Source of the DNA: Phoronis australis
Lineage: Eukaryota > Animalia > Phoronida
DNA length: 53,126 bases
Reading direction: 5' to 3'
NCBI GenBank assembly: GCA_002633005.1
Contig: NMRA01000391.1
Span: forward strand, 181,933 to 235,058
Made by a program: the position numbers and the translations under genes
Notes under the pieces: model-generated
Database searches by the model: none
Seen by the model: the letters and a program-made list of their open reading frames with translations, nothing else
Told to the model about the DNA's origin: nothing
Part shown: positions 13,417 through 24,780 of the stretch, in pieces
Numbering within the stretch: position 1 is the stretch's first letter
Layout of the letters: every line of letters starts with the position of its first letter

Positions 13417-16400
13417 CTGAAACCAAAAGAGAATGTTTTGAGCAATCTGGCATTTTGAGTTCACGGCAGCATTTTGAGTCCACAACACCATTTCTACGGC
13501 AGTGCCTGAAGGAGCCGCTTGAGATGCAGCTCACGGTTGTTTAAATTAGGCGTGGCTTTGACACCCGGGCCACAGTAAAGGGGAGGAGCACAAGGACATC
13601 CTCGTTGAAAAAACATATGAGGGGGTAATTGGAGGCAAAATGTTCTTTTTTTATTGGCTACAACCTCTATAGACTTCTATAAGACTATTGAAACTAGATT
13701 GCTGGGATTACGTGAGTTAGGTACATGTTTGCGATGTCAAACACCTCGTCTCATGCTGCCGGTTTCACCGACCCGTGTTTACATCCACGATAACCTAGGC
13801 TGCGACAAATCCCTGGCGCAAGCAATTGGGTTTTGCAGCTGTTCTTTCGAAAAAATCGGAGGAATAAAAACCAGAATGCGTGCTGGTCGTCATTTTAGAA
13901 GGTCAACCAATGAAAAAATAGTTTCTGTTCCGTGGGAAAATACCTGTTTAATGACACCAATCAATCAATGAACGAGTACATGAGTACCAACTAATAGTCA
14001 ACCGACTTCTCATACAGTCGGCATTTTTCACTGCCTAATTCACCTGTGTTTGTCTATAACAATTATCATTCTGACAATGATACCCTAACACTTTCAAGAC
14101 AAGTGCGTCGTACTGCAATTTACGCCTTCACTACAGGCGCTGTGCCGGAGGTGTATTCCATACCCTGACAAAGATTAACCCTGAAGACGCTCACTCTTAC
14201 ATTACAGCATGTAACCGTACAATATTTACCCCTTATTGACCCCCAGGTCACGACCCTAGATCCGCACCGCTTGAGAGACGATAGCCACTAAAACGCCAAA
14301 TGAAAGCTTATCTGCACTCTATGCCTCGTGTAGGACATAAAATACAAAAACACGTTTTCAAAAACAAACTATGGGAGGGATTCCCTGCTCACATGGTTCC
14401 ACGTCAAGGGCACAAGGCCTCTTATCGCATCAAATTGGTATAGTAAACATTAAGATCAACAACCCCGGCGATGGGCTATTAGCAAAGAACACATCAGACA
14501 ATGTATCTCTAAGCATTGATTCCACACTGAGTTGAATTTTTCAGTGGCCCGGGATGACATCCGGCCTAACACAATGGAATTACTTACGTCAGCGATCTAT
14601 TGTGCTAACACAAGTAGCCTGGTAAAATAACACAGGTGGCCGGTAGCGTGTGGGATTTGGAAAAGTTGTAATGACAAGTTTGCTGTGTTTCGTTATGAAG
14701 GCCGTCAATGAGAGCATGGGGATAACATCTTTGGACAATGACCAGACACAAGGCCAATTATCATGTGATTAAGTTAACCAGGGAAATGTTTGAAAGCGTA
14801 CAGCAGATCATTAAAGCTGTAGTAAGCGTTTTTGATTTGTAAGCTTTTTTGCCTACGTTTGTCGTTACAGAAGCACACGAGTTAGAATATTCAAACTATA
14901 AAATCAAATAATTTAACTGTAAAACATCTTTTCTATTGTATATTTTTGATTTTCATGAAGCTTTTGATTGCATACTTCACTTTGCACAAGAAGCGTGAAT
15001 TACTAATTGCGAAACATGAGACGAACGTTCAATAAGTAAATCTGCAAAACCACTTAGAAAGTACCTCTTTGGATCACAATGACTTTAGCAAAGTTGTAAT
15101 TTAGACACACTCTTGTGATGGTATGTTACAATTTACTATTTCCGATGAAAAAATTATTAGTCTATCACGTACACCATTCATTCATCGATTAATTGCAAAT
15201 TCACTAACCGTCTGTAACAAAATATCAGAACGACTGAAGTACGATTGTGGGTTTATCTTTAGTAGTCGACAGCGGAAATAGAACAGTGAGAGTATTTTTA
15301 ACTCCGCCAATGTATTTAGCATCATTTAGCACCAATACCGGGGTATCTGAAGCGTGACAACAAACGCTGTTGAAACGTAGTACTCTAATTGATCTTCAAA
15401 AAGTGGCTAAATGCGTTGTCCAATAGTTTTTGTCGTGAAATTAACAAAAAAAAAATATTTTAAAAATGTGAATGTCTAACAAGATATTTCCATTTCTTGA
15501 TAAACCAGCAACAAGTAAGAAAAAACAGTAAGCTAAAAATTACACCAGCGGCCATTCAAGCGTTTTCAATGTACAGTATTAGTTCTAGGTAGATACACAA
15601 TTCATGGAAATATTATATGTCAGCCGGGATGCGTGTAGTCATACCAATTCAATTATGCATGTTACTATACTAAGTCGCAGCATTTAGGCTATTCAAAGCA
15701 TTTACACACTGAGGGATAGTGAATAAAAACGCAAAGAGTTAATCTCAGTGATGTAGATAAACGAGGTTGAAAAGGTGAGAAACAAACGTGTTGAAGGGGA
15801 ATACAACCGTTTTTGATGTCACATTAAGTAATAAAAGCAGATCCCAGGTTATCTTGCAAATACATTCAAGTTATTTCCGAGCTGTTCCCCTGTCATGCAT
15901 TTATTATTCACAGAACAATAGAAAGCGCCATCTGAAAGCCCGAATCTTGGTTCTAGATTCACTTCCACTGAAAAAAAAACATTGTCCCACTCGATATTGC
16001 ACAAAGTCTGTGCAGAACATTCGTGTCTGCTCAATCGAAGTGAATGCAGAACCAAGATGCGGGTCCTTTGTGAGGCCGTTTACGTAACTCAGTATTGTTC
16101 CATGGAAACTACATGCAAGCCAAGGGAACATTGATTAACGTGAGATCAGCATTTTTACCGCAAAGGTAACATCAAAAATGGTTGCTTTTCTCTTTAAAGT
16201 TTAACCACTATTGTATACATCAACAACGTAATAAACTCGCGCGCTATGTTGGCTAGCATGGTTTCGACATCAGGCCAAACGTCTTGATTTTTAGTTTAAT
16301 AAACCAAGTAATTAAAGCGCCATCTCCAACCACGAATTCTAGTTACCGAAATTCCTTAAGCACACGTTCATCATTCTTTTACCGAAGCTTAATGAGAGTC

Positions 16401-18514
16401 AAAATAATTACATGTGTAAATTCCATTAAAAGCTATTTCCGCGTGTGATGTAAAAAATGTCTACTAAGAGTATGCAGCAATTTTAAAAGGTATTACATAA
16501 GCCGAAGATAACGTCGCAGTAAATCCCTTTGTCTTACTTTTCCTATCTGTGATTGTGCGAAAAGCAAGTTACAGTGCACACGAAACTTTAATTGCCATTC
16601 TAATTACTGTAAGACATATATCAAACTTACATGGTCTAAGTACACTTACTCACGATTTTTAAACAAGCAACATCTTCAATTGAAAATAGAATTGGCGGCT
16701 ACAAGTTCTGGCTGTGTTTATTTTATCGATTGTATCAAACTTTTATACGGCTTGAGCAGAAGACATCCGCTTCAACATGACGTCACTGAGGTGTACTCCC
16801 TCGCCTTGATGCAGTTCAGACTCGTCTGAGAAGCAATGCAAGTCTTAAGGTGATCCGTCTCCTGGGACCTATATTGTTTTGCACAATTAAATTATCCCCT
16901 GTGATTGCATTACGGGTTCTACTTCATAGGGAACAATCGGTCACACACGTCGAACCATTATTATATCAATAGTTTCATGATACCTTCAAATGCGAGCAAG
17001 ATGCACACCTCCGGGCGCAACGGTACCGCCATGCGAGTGAACGTCACAGGTTCCAAAAGAAGGCGTGTTATTGGTTTCGCAAAGATAGAGCAAGTTTTGA
17101 TTACTTATTCTGTAGACTTATTACCGACAAGTGGGGAACAATAACTTGCAACAAGGACGAGTGTAAAGGTCTCATTGCTCAGAGTAATTGAAAACAGCCT
17201 TTCGTGAACTCATCGAAATACAAAAAGCATTTTGTTTTAATACAAGCCATTGCCAGCATATGCAGCCTGTTAGCTACAAGTGGTGTTTTTGATAGGCGAA
17301 CAATGGTTCAATTAACAACTCATGTTTTATATGCGAATTCACAAGTATGGCGATGACACTTAGAATTTATGTAACTGTTTTGATTCATTGTCACACAATC
17401 CCATGTTGCCACAAGAATATGGATTTGCATATATGCATTACAAAACATCAGCCCTCTTATAATTATTGTTAAAAACATCCACCAGTTAATAAAATTAAGT
17501 AAATGTGGTTACAAAACAGCAGTAAATTGTAACATATTTAAATCAAAATTTCTTTTGACTTGTAAGATATTGAAAAGTAATTGGTCCTAAATTGATCAAT
17601 TCACTACTATATTGTGACTACTACACTCGTACGCAAGTACATCTATTAAATTCAAGTCCATTTCCTGGATGTTGACCATCATCATCAGAATTCCATAAAT
17701 CACATTTGACACACAAATATAGTATCAAACTTTCAAGTCTGACTATTTATAATCAGTTGATTCTGCAGTCATTAACAATCAATCTTGTGTTCGTCATCGG
17801 ACGGACGTAAGTTTATTCCTTGCTTTAGTACGCAGTCTGACTCGGCACATTCACGTTTAGCGATCTGTGTTACAGTACAGCATCGGATCTAAGATTATCG
17901 TAACTGAATATCTTCATATTTGATGACGTCTAATTACGAAAAGCGGGGCAATGGCTTGATACTCGCTTCAGTTGTGATCGATTGTATATGCATTATTAGA
18001 GGAGGTTTCCCCCAGATATGTCGTGAACAAAAGACTGCTTATTAATAACCACTTTCAACGCTTAAGCAAAATTAACTGTTCTATGCACAAGAGAATACAG
18101 AATAATGCCATACAGAGATATTTGATGTGCAGAGATGACACCTCACTGAGCTTCAACGGTCGCTCGTATAATGAATCAATGCTCGTACTAAGAATGAGAG
18201 AAACATTCCAGTTTCGGGGTTCTTTGAAAATACTGGCTATTGGCTCAGGTAGATAAATTGCATGTTTATGCACAACGTAAACGAAGTTCCTAAACATAAG
18301 TGCAGACAATTATAAAAGTTAAGACTTAATAAAATGCTACTGAGTGTTGAGGAAACTGATACGACAATTTCCAGACCAATGCAACTGTATGTCGAAGGTA
18401 AAAAACACGTACGAGCAAACAAAGAATATTATTACGTACCATTGATGTATGTGCATCAATTTCACACAACAGCTTGGGACGAACATAATAATATACACAG
18501 TACGGTATACTTAC

Positions 18515-19356
18515 TGGCACGCTTTTTCGTGAATCGCTCTGCCTCGGATCATCACGCACGTCCCACCGTGCAAACAGTAAGACATGTCTTGTGGGCCACA
18601 TTTTCCAAAATGGTCATTACTATACATGTCTAATCCTGACGTCGGGTCGACGTTTGTTAATATCAAAATATCCGTTTTCGCACTCGTCCCGACCTCAGGA
18701 TTTTGCGCTGTTTCTCGATGAGCGCTTTTCATGTACTCGGCTTCTCCTGAGCCAGATTCCTTAAGTTCTGACTCTAATGTGTGTTCAGGCTTTGGATAAG
18801 TTGTAGGTTGCCCTAGCCGATGTATGAGGTCTTCCTCAGTGATTATAGATTTCCTCGTAGATATAGGGCGCCTACTTTTATCTAAAGTGAGCAGATCTTC
18901 GGGATTTGTGCGCGACTTTACTGGTATGCGGCCGTTTACATAGGCTAGGAATTCTGGGTGATTACTTGGCGCTTTTCTTGAGTTTGTAAACTGCGGCTCT
19001 TTATGATATGCGACACTAGGTTTCGCCACTGAAACAGGTGGCAAGTCGTAAAATCCGTCGCTATAGTGCGTGGAACTAAACAAATCAGGTGTTGGTACAG
19101 CAGGGATATTCTTTGTCCTATCCTGGCTATTAGAGGTTTCCTGATTTAACGCGCGATTGAGACGCTGAGCAATATTTCCTAGTCTGTGGGCCACTTGGCT
19201 GCCAGTCCTTTTGAACAACACCTGAGATCTGTGCATCCTTGGAGAGATTTGTTGAAAAGCAGTCCTTCGAAGAGCCATGCAATTGACCGTTCGTAGAGAA
19301 ACGTAACACAGAACAAAAAGCACAGCACACGCTATCATGAAACTTTTTCGTATCAT
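18515..19356 (-). CDS. EGF/neuregulin-like ligand, coding exon 1 (signal peptide, long pro-region, EGF Cys1-Cys4)
   Basis: Longest ORF in the window. ATG at 19356 gives a signal-peptide-like MIRKSFMIACAVLFVLCYVSLRTVNC. It ends HFGKCGPQDMSYCLHGGTCVMIRGRAIHEKAC, then CA|GTAAGT, a consensus donor. Confidence 0.9.
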
Positions 19357-19486
19357 CTCTCGGAGTGTAACTCTGTGGCCAGAAACATCCACGGTAAAGT
19401 AATCATGTATACCAAATGATACAAGTAATAAGTGTCAGTGGGCAAAAGAAACACAGAGAATAAACAATAGTAAAAGTGTCGACCGC

Positions 19487-19492
19487 TTTATA
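19487..19492 (-). promoter_or_regulatory. Candidate TATA box of the EGF-like ligand gene
   Basis: TATAAAG on the minus strand about 130 nt upstream of the ATG. CCAAT/ATTGG elements lie near 19553 and 19758. Confidence 0.45.
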
Positions 19493-21488
19493 CGATTCTC
19501 GTCGGTTTAATCACAAACTGTTTTTAACAATAGACCGCCAATTAAGATTCGACCAATCTGATTCCAGTTCATGATGTAGTCATCACTGGTTTCAGTCGTC
19601 TTAAATACACAGAACTCTGACGCGTCTCCCGGGGGTGGAATGGTGCAAAAGCCATGCCTGGTCGTTAACGCTTTGTCAGCTCAACTAGCGGGGGAGGCAT
19701 CAACCCAATGGTTTCCTATCATTTTCGCGTAACCGTGGCAACTGTTCGGTGATCATGATTGGTCGAGAGGAAACTTCAAGGGACCAGTAGAAATGCTTCC
19801 ACAAGCAGCTATTTACGATGGGTAGTCTCATTCTAGTTGAGCAGTTTAGGTAGATGAGTATACGTACGTTGACAGACAACGACGCACTACCTTCTGGAAA
19901 AAAAATAAAACGACAGAAAAAAGGAGAATTGTAAAAATATGGAATGCATTCGTTGGTAACGAAGGGGTATTTTGTTGTAGCAACAAAAAGGGCGCACTGC
20001 TACGATCGATGTACTGTTTTCTCAACGACTTACATCACTAGTGCATTGGCCTACAACCAATGCTTGGCGCGTGGCAATTCGCATATTAAACTCTCGTTAC
20101 ATGAAACATTAAGCAGGGTTTAGACAGTGGTAAAAATTTTAAGTAAACACAATGGTTAAGAATTGATGCTTTTCGATAACAATATACTTTTCAAACGTAA
20201 GACAGAGGATTATCACATTATGTACATGAAATCCATCACGAAATCCACCCATTTGCGACATACATTGGTGCCTGTGTTCTGATTGCTCCCACGACCTTTT
20301 TGATGGTGCCAAACAGCCCATTGTTAATGACAAGTTAGCTCCGGTCTTCCACAAAACGCGAGTTGTGAAGGTTTGTCAACCATTAATCGTGAAAGTGAGT
20401 TAAGTAAGACAATTACTACGCCCTTTTTGATAAGTGGTGCTAGCACTATTGGTTTACGCGACACCTTCAGTCCCTGCTCAAGTAGAGATCCACGTCATAA
20501 CCGAGTATTTGTGCAATAATTTATACAGTTAAAAGCACGTTAATTACCTCCGACCTCTTTAACAATGCCGTATATATTCAAAATGTACAAGCTGAGGCAA
20601 TTTTCTTATAAACTTTCGCGTTGGTCGATGTCATTATGGGAACGTTTAACACGCGATGTGCTATCACAGTTTACACGCCAAATATCACGTCATTGGCTGA
20701 CTTTTTAAAACCATTAGATGTTAAATCTCGTAAAGGTGAAACCGCATATAAATCTGCATTCTAGATTCTTTGGCTGGCTAATTTAAGGCAAGGTTTTATT
20801 TGCAGCAGGACAGGCGTTGCCAGAGCTGCGTTACATAGACCAAAGACACTCGAGATAAGAGTTAGTGTGACCACAGTCATGCTTCGCTTGTAATGCATAA
20901 CGATACCTCGTGTTGACTCGAGTGATCTAGCGTTTTCGCGAAATTCTTGCGTCTACGGAGATTTCTTTTTAAAATGTCTTCAAATGCAGAATAGGCCTAA
21001 AACAGTGAATGCCATTAACGTGCTTTACCGTAAATGAAGCGAACGTTTGATTTAGGTCATTTATAACTATCAAAGTGACCTCAACTGTTTATATGTCAAT
21101 GCTCCTTATTAAAACGACAAATGATTTTTGCCCAGGATTTGCAAAGAACCGATATTTCTTTATTCGACGCATAAACTGACACGCAGTTACAAACCAACTT
21201 GTAGAAACTAACAAAAAAAACTTGTAGAAACTGATCTCAGCCAATGACGAAATCACTTCCAACTTAACCAAGGAACAATTTTGAGACCTATTTCGTAACT
21301 AATTTTTCTAGGTCAAGTCTTTGTGATGGAATGAGTGCGGGTTTATAACGGCTTTAAATATTAACTCGAATATCGCGGCGTACCTCACGCATTATCTGTA
21401 TACTTACTTAGAACTCGACTGCCATAAAAAAGTGTAAACAGTTTGAATTTTTAGTTAATGGTTAAGTATTGAACACTGCATTTGCTCA

Positions 21489-21789
21489 TTGAGGGATATT
21501 GTCGGTTCTACGGCTGAAATACTCATTTCTGCGATTGCTGTTGGATGGAATATAGACTTCTTGGAATTTTTAGGCTTCACCAGAGTTATACATCATCAAA
21601 ATCCGATGTTTAGCGCTCTTTTGTTACCGTTGTCTGCCTGATATTCGCTGAAGTCAGAGCCTGTGACTTTACCGCTCAAATACGCCATTTATCGAGTGGG
21701 ATTCTAGCTCTGCCGATAGAGCGTTTGGGCTGCGACCGCGCTCAGGTTGATCTCAGAAAATAATTTTTCCCGCCGATAATGACCATTAA
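21489..21789. mobile_element. TTAA-flanked MITE (Kolobok-like, inferred)
   Basis: Ends TTGAGGGATATTGTCGG and (reverse complement) TTAATGGTCATTATCGG. The internal segment GCGGTCGCAGCCCAAACGCTCT...GAGCTA...CACTCGA is shared with 24667-24714. Confidence 0.5.
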
Positions 21790-23000
21790 GGGTGATCTGT
21801 ATGAAAAGACTAAACATCCAGATCTCATAACTAGTTCACTAACGTACAGCGATCTATGAACGACGGCCTATTCTGGGTGAAAAACATTTTGGCAACATGT
21901 ATTGCCTTCGAGCGAAACTATAGGAAACAATGGCACAGATCCAAAGGAACACAGGTGCAGACTATTCAAATAGCCACAAGCTGTGTGCATCTAGTTTTCT
22001 AAAAAGGAGTAATAACCACTATGGCCAACGGTGGTTGACCCCCAAGTGCGAAATCCAGGCAAGACAAATAGAAACACCCTACCAATGAAGCTCTAGATGT
22101 TCGTACTAATTGGGTAACAATGGCGAAGATGCACTTAAACACATCCAAGCCTGTCATCTTGATAGAATTTTCATCTTTTCCGATGGGAAATCATGATGGC
22201 CAGTGACTGGCGATAATTTAGGTTATCGCAGGTTTCGTCAGCCGGGAACATTAAAGTCTCGATTCCTACAGGAAGTGTTCCGACCACAAGAGTTAATACG
22301 TACGGAAGAAAGGCGGGAGTTTTTCAAAACAATGGTGACACAATTTGTTTTTGTTTTATGCCTAAGCAAAAGAAAGATCTTGTACGTACTAATTATTTAT
22401 GACTCATTCCAAGAAAATTCGCAACAGAGTGAAAGTGTAAAGGTGCTATTTATATAACAATTTTATAGCGCAAATTTGCAATTACTCGCAGAGCCATCGA
22501 TTACCTTATTCGTCCAATATTGTGCTTTTGTTTCTGGGCGGATCACACGAATGCTGTGTCGCAAGGAAAATATCAAAATATACTGACGTCAGCACTTATT
22601 ACAATTGACGCACTGATATAATCAAAGTACTTGTATTACTACGGAGGCGCGCTTTAATTGTCCGTGTTCCCAGGCGCTGACAGAGATTAGGAGGTAATGA
22701 AACTATCGTCACATCTTGGATTAAAAAGTAATCGAAAAAGAAAACGTTCCAACACGGACTGTTATTGTTTCTCGGATTACTAACGAGGGTACAATGTGTT
22801 ATCGATCAGTTGGTCATTACTTAAGAAACAAAAACAATTGTTCGCTAACAGTTGGTTGCTGAGTGATGAACACATGCCAACGAGATGTTAACCGCCTGTC
22901 CGTTGGCCGGAGTAGCAATGGGCGCTGTGCCACGACACACTGATGGCAGTTGAACAGTAAGGGGCGACTTGCTGGGCGTGTGTCTTGTGTTATGCCTCAC

Positions 23001-23039
23001 CATGGAAACGCATCAATGCATCATGAAAATACGATTGTT
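23001..23039 (-). CDS. Possible 39-nt second exon of the putative small secreted protein
   Basis: TTTTATAG|AACAATCG...CATG|GTGAGG. It is phase 1/phase 1 and stays open with the 23446-23338 exon, giving (E)QSYFHDALMRFH. Confidence 0.25.
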
Positions 23040-23337
23040 CTATAAAATCGTTTCGGCAACAGTCACGATGAAAACAGGAAGCAAAACTACTGTTATAAAC
23101 TTCACAAAATTTTTTGTTAGTAAACCGCTCACATAAACCCAAGTCATAATTACACTACTTTTTCCATCTACTTTTCCAACCATTGCTTCTCTACTCGTGG
23201 GTCAAGGCATTCTGATGCAACTTAAAGGATCATAACTAGCTTTGTACATCAAACTGAATAACTGAAGACTCATAGCAGCTGACGATTGTACCATCAATTA
23301 GAATATTGTCAAAAAACATTTAACCACATGAATTTAC

Positions 23338-23446
23338 CCTCAATATCTGTCGGCGTTGTAACAAGACCGACCAACAACACTGCGAAAACCAAGCTTATGC
23401 TAAAAACGACTGTAGTTTTCATCACGAAGTTCACTCGTAAATCCAT
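23338..23446 (-). CDS. Putative first coding exon encoding a signal peptide
   Basis: ACAATGG start context; MDLRVNFVMKTTVVFSISLVFAVLLVGLVTTPTDIE; phase-1 donor GAGG|GTAAAT; TATAAATA at 23506-23499. Confidence 0.5.
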
Positions 23447-23988
23447 TGTCACTTAAAAACCACTGATGACAAAAGTCATTAGCAACACGGAATCTGTATA
23501 TTTATAGGATGCTAAATGGTCTGGTGGATAAAGCATTACGAAAACGCTTGAGTTCATTCGTGAGTTTCATTCAGCACTTGGAACTATTTTTCCAAAGACA
23601 CTTGGTGGAACATCTTCTCAGAGTTTCATGGCAACACCCTTTCCCTAGCCAGACTAAAAGTGGGCGTACTAGATTAATATGCAGACGTTTTGAAATGCTC
23701 ATTGAGAAGCGCTGAGTGCATTATAAACGTTATGAACATACTGGGATTATTAATTTTTGCATTAAAGTACGTCACCGGATAAATAAAAGTGCAGACACGG
23801 GTCACAAGCTTCGTGTACCATAAATCGCTTGTTTCCATATTTGTAGGAGTTATAATGAGTCTGCAACATGGGTATGCTTTACCTACTAAAAACTTCCAGC
23901 ACACCTGAAGATGCATTCCCATCATCCCTATCGGTCTTAGCTCAGCAGCAAGCATCTGTAACCGCTCATTATTCGCAGAGGCAAACCA

Positions 23989-24128
23989 GCCTCCCATTCA
24001 GTAACGCTAGGACCTCGCTAAAAAGCAAGACTTCGCGAGATTACGCGAGATATTGCCGTGTATTTAGAATGAGAACAGGTGACTTTGGGTAGATTTTAAC
24101 TAGGTCCTAGCGTTACTGAACACACGCC
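23989..24128 (+). mobile_element. ~140-bp MITE, copy 1
   Basis: 19-bp perfect inverted repeat TTCAGTAACGCTAGGACCT / AGGTCCTAGCGTTACTGAA. An inverted homologue lies at 34655-34807. Confidence 0.75.
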
Positions 24129-24593
24129 AGGGATGCGTTCCGTAGACGGGACACACTCCCGAGAAAAGGTGATTAGACGTGGTTCAATCTGCTTATAATA
24201 CTTGTCGATATATCTCGCATGACATTGAATTTTACAAGTTTCCAAGGATTAGGGAACGCAGCACAGTATACCTCACTTCTGACAGTTTTCATACACAATG
24301 ACTATCAACCATTTCCGTGGTAACCATGGGCGGATCACAGGAGAGTTCAGACACTCCACTGAATCCTATCTGCCTCTTTTAGGTACGTTGCAAGAAACTA
24401 TTGCCCTACTAAGCACGTCAAGATATTACATTAGCAGGCTGGATTCGTAACCATTGTAAAGATTGTCTGAGGACCATTACTGCAATCACTGGTGGCCGAC
24501 AATTTCGTGTTAATCGTACAAGAAACCGTCGGTCAAAGAGATGAAGTAACAAAGCAATGTGCTTTTTATTCATACATGTAATTACCGGGCTCG

Positions 24594-24780
24594 TTAAAAA
24601 GACATTATCTGCAAGAAAAGTGATTTCCTCTGATCAAACTCCGCGCAGAAGCGAACACGCACCAGCCGCGGTCGCAGCCAAACGCTCTCCTGGCGGAGCT
24701 AAATGTCACTCGACAACCAGCAGAATATTTTAAAGGGACATTATCGTGGAGAAATGTAATTTTACCGAAATTCCGAACGC
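24594..24780 (+). mobile_element. Two adjacent TTAA-starting element ends of the same family as 21489-21789
   Basis: TTAAAAAGACATTATCTGC at 24594 and TTAAAGGGACATTATCGTG at 24730, with internal homology to the reverse complement of 21690-21789. Confidence 0.5.

Noticed and set aside
21596-21660. Neuropeptide-like minus-strand frame SDFSEYQADNGNKRALNIGF* as a last exon of the small secreted gene
   Set aside because: The acceptor is poor and the segment lies inside the 21489-21789 MITE.
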